Source: Pseudogymnoascus verrucosus
Lineage: Eukaryota
Length of the DNA stretch: 64,000 bases
Reading direction: 5' to 3' (one strand)
NCBI GenBank assembly: GCA_001662655.1
Contig: KV460212.1
A program made the translations under genes and the position numbers. The notes under the pieces are model-generated. The model was not told the DNA's origin. It saw only the letters and a list, made by a program, of their open reading frames with translations, and ran no database searches. Of the stretch, positions 25,001 to 35,198 are shown piece by piece (position 1 is the first letter of the stretch; every line of letters starts with the position of its first letter).

Positions 25001-25763
25001 CGTTGCCCCAATGTGCAGACACCACGCCCTCCATTGCCTCACCTCCCTCGACATCTCCTACCTCAACCACTGGCTTTCCCTTCCCCTTCCTTCTCACTCC
25101 TCCTCCCTCGTGACACCCCTCAGGACACTGTGTCCCGCACACATGCCGCTTAATTATCACAAACTCCGGTGTCAACTGCATTTCGGGTAGAACTCCCTCC
25201 ACCTCTGCCCCTGGAAAATGTTGTCGTGGCACCATAGCGCCCCATTTAATCGACGGATTTCGCACAGCCATTGTCTGCACACCCCCGAACGCATCTCTCA
25301 GAGGGTCTTGCCTACGGGGCGGAACAGGCATCATATTCATATATCCGAACTCCTGAAAACGAATAGCTTGATCCAGCTCTTCCTCGATATTTCCTGGCCC
25401 AAAGATCGAACTAGTCGGCACCACGTCTGTGAGCGTGCTGCCGTCCTTCCAAGGTGGCACGATGATCCGCGGAGCATGTGCAGGTGGCGGTCCATGATGG
25501 TCGATGCCTAGCCGTATCATCTCTTGTTCTTCGAGCACCTGCCGCTTCAAGGCGCGCTTGGCTCCAGGGTAGCTGGCGAGAGCGGCGCGGGCTTCGAGGA
25601 GGTGGTTGCGCGCCCAGTTTACGCCTGGGTCGCTGTCGTCGAAGCTGACATCGTCGCTGATGTCACTGATGTCGGTGCTGAAGTCAGCGCTGGCATCATC
25701 GCCAGGGTCAGAGGGAGGTTCGTAAGGCGGAGGTTCGTAAGGCGGCGGCGGGTCCAAATCCAT
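22047..25763 (-). CDS. Hypothetical 1238-aa acidic, low-complexity protein with internal repeats
   Basis: 3.7-kb uninterrupted ORF from ATG; E/S/P/A-rich; no recognisable domain. Confidence 0.75.
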   Translation of the reverse strand: MDLDPPPPYEPPPYEPPSDPGDDASADFSTDISDISDDVSFDDSDPGVNWARNHLLEARAALASYPGAKRALKRQVLEEQEMIRLGIDHHGPPPAHAPRIIVPPWKDGSTLTDVVPTSSIFGPGNIEEELDQAIRFQEFGYMNMMPVPPRRQDPLRDAFGGVQTMAVRNPSIKWGAMVPRQHFPGAEVEGVLPEMQLTPEFVIIKRHVCGTQCPEGCHEGGGVRRKGKGKPVVEVGDVEGGEAMEGVVSAHWGNDDFDESGESGSEHERQEKSRKQQELETIETLEHCTIIERHRRKWAAEIGALTFKARIMSEKLPSISLNTKEPSHESERVYEPAFMLAGKMMNRLDDQRKKEAELKQEKARLARIRIAKFRAARAGRDTSKMGDEAGETMFQSLVDSGNLAAPENNTGNESFNSAYEKSPTGRNDDGAPGLAPRSPDKEDAGERRKQEKSRLAKIRLAEWRAAMAEQNTTRMGGKAGEAALKSIDDSPGPSVVTENAPTSDFDEAMPLQDSYPTVKSTEEAVSDLAEQEDNILQETAQEGVPEEIRKLEATSQETTAEESIAQALIAPAAIVRDATTPDLDLEETPISESAPKESTSVEATPEDATSEKSAAKEAAPEDATAETPAPKEAAPEDLISEKSTPKETAPEDTTSGKSAPKEAALEDATAETPAKKEAAPEDTKSEKSAPKEATREETTTQNAMAEENSAQENLGPGPSRKRPAPNKSSLKRRPAKRQSIRDSPFLDASERESPSTWILQRDGRLIRNPLDGAPGYRRWSDPEIDAPVPMPLSDSEPRPRSTTISEGTEPPVPRCSAEDTLPTVGEEGQMTEHVEVVDDSPDLPTPAEWFLADRESMPPPPSRRLRKRSMAVSEGSQYKGNLWSADDMFPSPERLSRAARRSSSGGDSDANVTSLAPARASTPEPPQMSREQIRNSAHALADLLGPSEERFRDPNIGIIVVRTNPRMADLEMRYRPTRAPSVLRMEILIDEEALEAENAARRGREVEDLERGVFASRVPDPPRYNLRSRSRASSDTPSPATPSIFSGETSGRSTEATSGTATPTLSGDLTSEAVAADEVAEDRSGMRVVERVVDRVLEGVYLPSSPTLAVDRLVMDRSSAPAVSGSEGGPNLWREESSGTEGSMGRERSMGREGSMESLGSTGRTRSIGREGSIAMEVAETLGGLAVESVSEEGEPEEGSGVLGRVLPSTEVPEEAIEDDEAGAPLTKVSSHSSSNSL
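23680..23960 (-). repeat. 45-bp (15-aa) coding tandem repeat, about 6 copies
   Basis: ATPEDATSEKSAAKE / AAPEDATAETPAPKE / AAPEDLISEKSTPKE / TAPEDTTSGKSAPKE / AALEDATAETPAKKE / AAPEDTKSEKSAPKE. Confidence 0.9.
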
Positions 25764-26222
25764 TTGGAGCTGGGATATTCACGTGGCCGTGGTGTCGCAG
25801 ATAACGTGTCGGGACGATGTGGATCAGAAAAGTAGGATTGCTCTGGAGGGCCAAAGGTACAGGTTCCGTGTGCTCCATCATTATTGAAGGGAGTCATCGC
25901 CATTTAGTTATGGAACGTGCAGGTAGCGCACCTCCAACCGCAGCTGCCCATCGTAAGGAATACGAAAGTATGTAGTTGTAGCAATATTAGCCACATAATG
26001 AAGGAGCCACCCACTAAGCACCACCTTCCAACTTTCCAGCGCCCCTCCCAACCTTATGAGCAAGTTGCAAAGCATACATACATACTATGGCCCTAACCCA
26101 AGCAAAACAATCATAAATTCTTATTCTAAAGTAGGGTATCTCAATCTCACTCTCCTCATCCCTCCTTCCCAAGGGCCGCTAAAAACAACCGGATATCACA
26201 TACAAGAAATGACGAGACAAAT

Positions 26223-29200
26223 TCAGGCTCTGACGCACATCCCCTCCATCCCTGTCACCAAGTCCACATCCTCGACCTCACTCTTCACTTGGCCTCCCTT
26301 CAAGAGGGAGTATACCGACAACCCCACCTCATCCATCTTCTCCTTGTCACCTAGCACTTGCACCTCCTCCACTTCAACCATAGTCTCATCATCTTCCTCA
26401 TCCCTCGCCTCCACTCCACTCGCCCCCGGAAATTCCACGACCCTTGCCCCCAACGTTCCCCTAATATCCTCAAACATGACTTCCATCGGGCAAAAATACC
26501 CCACCTTCCTCTTATCACTCCACGCAAGCACATGCCCACACGCACCACCCTCAGCAAGGACCCACGCTCCGCTATCCCCCGGCACCCCTAGCCCGCCCTC
26601 GACCGTGAAACTCTGGCTGGGCGTTTGCCTTCCCCGCAACTTCACCGTCGTCACAGCGCGCTGGATCCGCCCTTGCGTCACGCCTGACGTCCGCGCCACC
26701 GCGCGCACGGGCAGGCCACCCAGATGCGCAGTGGGGATGAGCGCACCGGGCCACCCCGCCGGCGCGCCCGCTACCTTGTTCCCCCCCGGTGCTCGGCCGG
26801 GGGAGAAGCGAAAAAGAGCCCAGTCGATCTCGTGTGTGAGGCCGAGGCTGCAAGCGCGGCGGCGCAGGCCGGATGAGGCGTGCAGCGAACCGAGAGTATA
26901 GGAGTCGAGGTAGTCTTGTGTCATTGTTTCGGCAGAGGGGAAGATGCGGGGATCGACGTCGTCGAGGGCGGGCTGGGTGACCAGGTAACCCCCCGCGCAG
27001 TCGGGTGCAATACCGCCGATGTCTCCTGGCTCGAGGAACGAGGATGCGTCGCTTAATATGCTAGAGGCGATGGAAGAAGTCTCGGAATCGCAGTCTGAAA
27101 GCTCGTAGCCTAGGGCTTCGAGAGCCTCGGTGGTAAGTGGTGCGGGCCCGGGTCCATGGTCAGAAGATCGGATGGTGGGGATAGTGGGGATGGAGTAATC
27201 GTCATCTTCGTCTTCAGAGTCGCTTGGGACATCGAGCATGTGGTGCACGGTCAAGCCAAAAGGCTCGCCGTCGACCATAACTAAACCACCAAAGGAGACA
27301 GGCATTAAAGCCTGACCCTCGGCGAAAGCGCCGATCGAGGCTCCATTCACTGGGCGCTCTTGGTGATGCGAGTTCTTGGGCTCGACGTAATCTTGGTCGC
27401 GTGCCATGGATCGTTTTGGCGCACGCTTACGTGACCGCATGACCTTACCACGGCACACCATCAACCCGTAGGTAGCGGAGTCATAGGAGAAGTGGCGCTT
27501 GAGGATGCTCTTTACTTTTGCAACACTGGTGCAGACGACGAGGATAGTTGGCTTGGCTTTCAGCGGCGTCTCGCCAATGATCTCGAGGCTAATCTCGACG
27601 GACTCGGGGTACTTCCGGTAGAATCCTCGGAGAGCGTGGTTAATCTGCGGCATCAATGTGTCGTGCCAGCGATCGAGGTGTTCCTGGATAATCTCGCTGC
27701 TTGGGAATCTCCTCGACTTCGGCTTTGGTCTGACGGTGGGGTCTTCGATTTGTACTGCAATTTATTAGAAAAGCGCGTTAAGTCTGACACCGAGACCACT
27801 CACCCATCGGGGACTTCTCGGAAATAGGCTCGGACTTAATATGAAGACTCTGTATCATCTGATTTATCTCGATATCCTCCGCTTTCATCTGCTCTTCTTT
27901 GCTTGGGCGCCTCGGCGGCGGCGGCGGTGGCGGCAGTGGCTTCTCCCGTCCAAGATTCCTCGACAATGAGAGACTAGACGAGGACGGAGATGACCATTTT
28001 TCAGACTTGGATATCTCAGGTGTGGCACTAACTGACAGCGATGAGGTGACCTAGCCGGGGGGTTAGTTACGAGCACCACATGCAATTATTGAACGGCACT
28101 CACCAGTAACTCGTCTCCAATGTCCTCATCTTCCTCGTCTTCAATAGCACAACACTTCTCCAACGAACTCAACACTCTTCCATAAACTTTCTGGAGCACC
28201 ACATCTGGGCGAGTAACCGCACTTATCTCATCGTCAACAGCACCCCAACACGCTTGTACTGCACGCAGGTACGCAGTGCCACAGCGCGCCGCAAGCTGCT
28301 TGTTCACCTCTTCAGTCTCGACCTTGATATCCAGCGCAATACCAATCCCAGCAACGCCGTGGCGGATATCGCGCGACACGGTCCACAGCCCGATTTCCAC
28401 CAACAGCATGGCGAGACTGTATAGGTCCAACGACCGCGACTCCGGCGTCAGGGGTGTGTGCGGGGTCAGTCGCGGGTCCAGCTCATGGCGGTACCACGCA
28501 ACTTCGGCGGCATTAGCAGCGTCGGATGGCCGCCCCGGCTCTGGGAAGAGGTCATACGCAGTAAGATATGGCCGGCGCGCGTTGACGGCAGGGTGGACCC
28601 ATTCGCCGTCAGGGCGTGGTTTTATCTGCTCGAAGAACGCGATGTTGCACGCCGCGAGGTTGCCATGCACAACACCCTTGGAGTGCAGGTCGAAGACACT
28701 CGTCGCTAGGTTGTATGCTAGCCGGTACCGGACCTCGAGCGGGGGCTCCTGAGCACGCATCTGCAGCATATCTGCGAGTCGGGTGTAGAAAGGACGAGAT
28801 ACGACGGAGTTGGACAGAGTCGTGGTGGGAAAACGCGCAGGCAGCTCGTACACGAGGCCGAATCGTGAGTTTTCTTCTTCAAAGTACCCGATTAGGTTCA
28901 ACACGCCGAACTCCGGTCGCCCAGCCTCCTCGTTCCGTCTCTGCAGGCCGGCGAAGAGCTTCTCGAAGCGGGTCATCGATGGTGAGATGCCGGTTATCGA
29001 GTAGATAGGGTCGTATGAGGCAAACTCGAGCATTACGGGGAAGCACACTTCCTCGGATTCTGACGCCCAGGGCCTCATTGGAGCCTGCTTCGTCATATAG
29101 AGAATGGTTCTCTTGCCCATGTCCAGCACTTTCGGTAGACTATTACCGTCGGATTGCAGCGCAACGCCCGCGCCAACCCATCCCTTCAACTCCCTCGGAT

Positions 29201-29744
29201 CAATCACCCTCGGTGCATCCATCCGTGTCTTCTCAAAGGCCCTCTCCTCCTCAATCACCATCTCGATCTTCCTTCCCTTCTTTGGCGGTTCACTCTGCCG
29301 CGCCCGCGAAATATCATAGAGCGTATCAATCGAGCTGGTCAGGTCGCGCACCAGGTCCTCAAAGCGCCCTTTATCCCACACCACGCCGCCCTTCTCCATC
29401 GGCGCCTTCTCCGCCCGCCCAGATGCCGCCCATAGTGGCTCAGCTTCCGCCAGCACTGCATTGATCGTTGCCATCACGCTCCCTGCGACATCCGCCAGAC
29501 CCGCCGATGCGAGTGCCTCATCGATGTCCGCATCTTCTGGGGAGTCCGTACGGCTCGCTTCGCTCCACCGCAGACCCCATGTTGTAAGGCGGTCTTTCTG
29601 AATGCGCAGTTTGCGGTGTAGGTTGCTCAATTCGGCGTCCTCGGCGCGCGCGGGGTCGGCAACGAATGCGAGCGATGATTTGGTGTCCGTATACATCTTT
29701 GTGAGGCGCCGCTGCAAAGGCAGCGCAAATGGTAGGAGAGACAT
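26223..29744 (-). CDS. HeLo (HET-s/LopB)-like domain + pseudokinase + trypsin-like serine protease fusion, ~1139 aa; introns 28051-28103 and 27755-27803
   Basis: Two GTGAGT..CTAA(C/T)..YAG introns join three ORFs in frame (1641+247+1532 nt). LHRKLRIQKDRLTTWGLRWSE (HeLo-like); RYRLAYNLA..LHSKGVVHGNL...YRH...DLYSLAMLLVEIGLW (kinase-like); LTVHH, EIDWAL, GDSGAWV (protease triad). Confidence 0.82.
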
Positions 29745-30901
29745 CGTAGAGTGCGGGGTGTAATTTGTGAGAGATTCCCGATGGTAGCTGGATTTGAAGG
29801 GGATCGTGCTCTATAAAGTCGTGCCCATGTCGTTGTAATCGCTGTAGGTGCTTTTAATATATGGTATATCGATGTTTGCAACCGACATTACCGTCGTTGG
29901 CGACGCTGTGGTGATATAGGTCGTCCTTAATCTGTCTACCTAGCCGCCCAGCCCTCACGTCTCCAGAGTGACGTTCAACGTGCCACAGGGATGTCCCAAA
30001 TGCATCTGCCTGGAGTTGTCGTTGGTGTCTGCCTGGCCTTGTGATTGGTTCGTTAACTCGGATACGCCGCATTTCCAACCCCTGTTGCCTAAAAGCTGCT
30101 CAGCCTTGTCAGCCTCGTAGCGTGGGCGTCGTTGCACGTGATGATGCCAACATTATGGCCGATTTGTATTATATTTAGATGCTTCTAATAATAAAGAGAA
30201 AATTTGAGAAAATCTGCTGTTTAAACGGATATGAAATCTGGTGGCACCAGGGGAGTCGATATTTAAACTAAACGGTATACGATCTACAAACCCAGCCAAA
30301 GCAGCAGGTGCTATTATCGTAGACAATGAATATAGGAAGGGAAAGGGAAAATTAGTCTGGGAGCATGGCGAGCAAAAAAACTCATTGGCTCATGACTCGG
30401 CTTGAGTTTCTCACACTGTCTGGGAGTATAGCTAGAGCTTGAAATGGCATCGATCGCCTTGCATTAGTCTACAGAAGGATTAGTCCCGACAGGAACCGAC
30501 AACAAGAACAACCCTCAGCAGATTAACTGACAGATGGCTAACAGTAAAATTGATTCTGACGGCAGGGTTATTTATCGAGGGAGCCATAAGCTTCTTGAGA
30601 ACCGAATCCAACGTCTCCCATCACATATTCAGTTTTACCAATCGATAAGCTCTTGGTTCCGGCATAGCTCGACAAGATTCTACGCATCTTCGCTCCCGAT
30701 TCCTACATGCCAACATGGGAATCAGTTTACTGGTGGTATTATCGTAGCATTGGGCCGGGTACTACCATAGAAACTTAAATTCTTACATTCTAGTAATCAT
30801 TCCAATCCCCTTTCTATTCTAATATTTGTCTATTCCAACATCTAATCAAATCACCCCCAGCCCCTATCTCAAACAAGCTGGGGGGGCTACGCCTTGGCCT
30901 T

Positions 30902-32485
30902 CTACCTCGCACCTCCCACTCCCTCCCCCAGCCACCAAAGTGTCCCTGCAACAAGATGCAAGCTTCCCGTAACCAGTACATCCACCCCCGCCCCAGGCTC
31001 TCCAATTCTCTTCGCTAAATTCAGCGCCTCGGCCAACTGCAATTCAAATCGCACCTCCGCATTTGGATGCAGCTCTTTCCATACCCGCTCATATACATCC
31101 AGGGATGGAAGCGTTGTTGTGGCCACTTGCTGATCTGCCATGCGGTTAGCGTGCGTTTCCTGGAGAAGAAAAAGGGGGTCTTACCTAAAGACATAGAGGC
31201 CGAGAAAGTCTGATCCGGATCGTAGGTCGTGAAAATGACGAGCTGCACACCACTCCCCTTCAACGACTCAGCCAGACATCTGAACACAGCCTCTGTGTCC
31301 CTGCTGTCCGAGATCTGGCTGAACACCAAGACTCGCGCTCTATCCCCTTCTTCCAGCCCATCCACAAACCACCGCCCCGCAACACCAATACTCATCTCAT
31401 TATGCGCCCCATCACACCACCACCTCTCCCTCCCCCCACCCCTCTCAACAACTTGAAACCGTCCCGGCCACTTAAACCCCTCAACCCCTCTTCTCACACT
31501 CTCCTCGCTCAACACTTCCCCCCTCATCCTCTCCAAAAACGCCCGCACAGCCACAACAGCAACCGCGCAATTCCCCATTTGTACATCCGGCTTGACACCT
31601 TGCACCCCCGGCTCCTCAGTCCCCGTTACAACCTTCACATCCCCGCCAAACACCCCCCTCTCCTCCGCCCTCGCCCTCAATACCTCCTCCAGACCCTCCT
31701 CCTGTGCAGACGAAATAGCAACCGCGCCGGACTTCAAGATTCCCGCTTTGTGCCACGCAATATCCTTCATCCCCGGTCCAAGCTGCTTCACATGATCACG
31801 CCCCAGCGGCGTGACAACGGTCACCACGGGCTTCTCCACGAAATTCGTAGCATCGTACTCGCCCCCATGATGCGTCTCAAGGACTACAGCCCCAACGCCC
31901 TCTTTGATAAACGCATGCAGAGCTACAAGAACACATAGCTGGAGATACCGCGGCCTTTCCCCTTTCTGGCTTTCCGTAGCCGTGTCCCCGTCGAAGAGAC
32001 GCTCCCAAACTTCGAAGAAGTACTTTGCGAATCCGCGCTCATCGATTGCCGTGCCGCTGATCCGGACACGCTCTTGTGGCACAAGGAGGTGCGGAGAGGT
32101 ATACATCCCCACACTCCGTGGCCACCCGGTCGCAGCTCCATGAGCGAGGAGGAGCGCTTCGATGTATGCGCATGTACTTCCTTTCCCCTTGGTGCCGGCG
32201 ACGTGGATGATATTCAGAGCCGCAACGTCTGCGGGAGAATGCCCCAACTCCTCCATCCAGCCGCTCATCCCCACTATCCCAGGCTTGCCCCTCAATGCCT
32301 CACCACCGACCCTGAACTCTGGCTTTAGCCCCGCATCGCGTGCTGCATCCTTTGCCAATGCACCGCTGGGTCTGCGCACTCGCCGGCGGGTATCCAGCAG
32401 GGCTATCGCATCCTGGGGTTATGTTAGATTGTGTTGCGCCATGTTGATAGATAGGCGGCATACGCACCTCATAACTCCCCCCCAT
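30902..32485 (-). CDS. Folylpolyglutamate synthase family protein (FPGS/FolC-like); introns 32413-32467 and 31135-31184
   Basis: IIHVAGTKGKGSTC P-loop, YTSPHL, GGEYDATN, IAWHKAGILK, WPGRFQ, DGAHN and terminal VLVTGSLHLV; exon 1 MGGSYE|DAIALL. Confidence 0.92.
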
Positions 32486-32844
32486 AACTCGTCGCCCAAT
32501 CCCCCTCCGCCCTCCCGCAACGGCGCTCAAAAACCCGCGCACCGCGAACCTTTGATAACCCCCCGCCAAATCCCGTGCCCAAAAAACAAAGGCACCGGGA
32601 AACAACAAAGAGTGTAAGTGTATGTAGCTTAACGCATTGGTGAATGCGTGTGTTTTATATCATCCCCATCGTGTGATTTGTCCTGTCCTGTCCTGTACAG
32701 TTTGAGGTACGATATTAGACTGAGTGGGGGTAATTACCGCAGTTGTGGTTGGGGGTCCAGAGAGGGACGCGATACTGCCGCCTGAATATGGAAGGCGGTC
32801 AGGTCTAGCAGGTTTATTTTGCGTGAGAGGTGGTCCCGGGCCGT

Positions 32845-33300
32845 GTTGTTCCGGTTTGGCGCATATCATATCAGTGCTACTAAGATATGCGCCAAAACCC
32901 AAAATACTATTAGAATTTACATGTAGAACCACAAAATTTCAATAGTATTTATTATATGTCTTTTTGCGCATATTCGCCCATAGCATGCGCACAAATCGGA
33001 ACGCGGTCAAACTTTGTTCAAATTTTTCCACTTCCGGTTTCGCGCATAGCTGTGTTGGATATGCGCCAAACCCCCAAAACATTACTGGCATCAACGTGCA
33101 AGACCACAAAATACCTATACTATTCTACGCGTATTTGCGCATATCTGCCCATGACATGCGCACAAACCGGAACGCGGTCGAACTCTGTTCCGGTTCTTCC
33201 GCTTCCGGTTTTGCGCACATCAGTGGTGGATGTGCGCAAAAACTAAGGACGCCTCTAGCATCAATGGGGGAGACGGCAAAACCCCCGTACTATTATAATC
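32845..33300. repeat. Degenerate tandem repeat (~2.5-3 copies, periods 183 and 171 bp) containing hairpins
   Basis: TTCCGGTT anchors at 32849, 33032 and 33203; TGCGCA anchors at 32965 and 33136. Confidence 0.85.
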
Positions 33301-33674
33301 AGATATATGTAGAATATATCAGGTATACCACAATACCCCCTCCGGTGTAATAGACTTCAAAATCCCCTAGGAAATACAACTATACAGTTCCACGGGGTTT
33401 TCAGATATCTCCCCCCTGAGAGACGAGAGGGGCGCTCTCATACAACCATTGTATTGTTTTTAGTAACCGGTGTTCGGTAGGAGAGGTGTCTTTGCCACCA
33501 GGAGCTTCGACAAAAAATATAACCAATGACAGCTATGGGTTCACGATCATGTAGATATGAATATAATACAAATTAATATAATCTCAATCGCGAGGTATGC
33601 TCCTCCTCCCATATCCATTTCCAACAACTCTCCTTCTCTCCGTCTCCTTCCCTCCGTCTCCTTCTCTCCGTCTC

Positions 33675-33810
33675 NNNNNNNNNNNNNNNNNNNNNNNNNN
33701 NNNNNNNNNNNNNNNNNNNNNNNNNNNNNNNNNNNNNNNNNNNNNNNNNNNNNNNNNNNNNNNNNNNNNNNNNNNNNNNNNNNNNNNNNNNNNNNNNNNN
33801 NNNNNNNNNN
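33675..33810. other. Assembly gap (N run) inside a CTCCTTCTCTCCGT-type minisatellite
   Basis: 136 Ns flanked on both sides by 14-bp CT-rich repeat units; a further 4-N gap at 37806-37809 next to a G run. Confidence 0.98.
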
Positions 33811-34524
33811 CGTCTCCTTCTCTCCGTCTCCTTAGGCTCTATCTATCTCGCTCTAGATCTACTATAATTCCAATGTCCCCTCCGTCGGCCTCGCCGCAGC
33901 TGAACCTTCATTGGGGCCGATTTCTCGAGCGGATGACCATTGAGTTGCCGAACAGGAAGTCGACCTTCATCCTTAAGGTCTTTTCGACAGTTCTCTCGCC
34001 GCCGACCTCGAGGCTTTATACCTTGTCGTGGACCTAGAGGACCTGGGAGACAGTGTAGCCGTCCTGGATCGTGACTTCACTGCGATCCACGAACTCCTCC
34101 CGCCGTCGATGGTGCTCTCGACGCACAATAGACGTCTTCAAGGCGTTGAGAGCGACGTGGGTAGGTATCGGCGTGTTGTGGAGGCTCTGTGAAATCTAGA
34201 CCTTCCACAACTCATTGACGGCACAGGCTTACCCACGTACGGTGCTGTACATGAAGAGGTCAGAGCTCTCCTCTCCTCCGTCTCCGCCGTCACCGTCGCT
34301 CCCGCCATCGTTGCCGCCGTCACCCTCCTCCTCTCGTGCCCCTATCCACGCCTTACCTCCCTTCGTCCTCCTCTTCTCCTGCCATTGTGCCTTGTCCTCA
34401 GCCCTCCTCTTCGTCTCCACGACGACACGTCGTCCTCGTCGACCCAGTCTCCTGGCAAGTACTTGCCCCCTTCTGGCCAGGCGTACTTTCCGCGCCACAC
34501 CTAGGCGTTAGGCGTCAGCGAGAG

Positions 34525-35175
34525 ATGCTCGGAGACGGGGTGAGGAGGCAGTCGGTGACTAACGAACCACTTCTTCAGCTTCCCTTCCGTATTATTCGAA
34601 TCATAGCGATTCTGGGCGTCGTCAACATCGTAGTTTGGGTTGCTGTTGCAACAGTTCTGCGATCACATCCGCTGCCCATCTCATCTGCTGTTCTATCGTA
34701 CACGCTCGGCTTCAGACATGCTCTCGATGCGGACCATATATGTGCTATTGATCTTATGACACGCTGTCTGGTTGCTTCTGGCTTGGAGCCAGGCGGCAGG
34801 CATGTTTTTCAGCTCGAGGCACTTTACAATGGTTATAATCATATGCGCCGTGATTGCAGCAACCGCTAGAGCAACCGCTAGAGCATTGCAAGAAAGGTTT
34901 GACGGCTTTAGTCAGGTCGGAGGCATGCGGCGGTCTTGATAACATTGGGCATTGCTAATGCCTTGATTATGGTGAGGCTGACACAGAGACTACGCGTTGT
35001 TGTGCTGAGGGAAGAGGTGACAGAGGATAGAATTGAAGGCAATGGTGATAAACAACTTAGGCTTGATGGAGGTGGTATCCCAGGAAGGATTTTCCACAGG
35101 GTGTTTAGGCTCATCGATCGACCTTGGAAGGTATATCTTCTAGGAGTTCTCTTTTGTTTAGGTTTCGACATCCAG
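34525..35175 (+). pseudogene. nic1: Degenerate high-affinity nickel transporter (NiCoT, Nic1-like) pseudogene
   Basis: [16 protein letters not shown] signature; frameshift near 34790 into [14 protein letters not shown] (degenerate FSLGHST motif); stop 34937-34939; then IDRPWKVYLLGVLFCLGFD in another frame; C-terminal half absent. Confidence 0.88.
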
Positions 35176-35198
35176 CTGTTATTTGTTCAAATGCATAA

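Noticed and set aside
26056..26901. 281-aa + strand ORF
   Set aside because: Antisense to the GC-rich protease exon; no independent coding evidence.
33557..34037. ORFs spanning the N run
   Set aside because: Artefacts of the assembly gap.
33840..34500. GC-rich, coding-like tract next to the gap
   Set aside because: Could be a gene or transposon relic, but no recognisable motif and several stops; cannot support a call.
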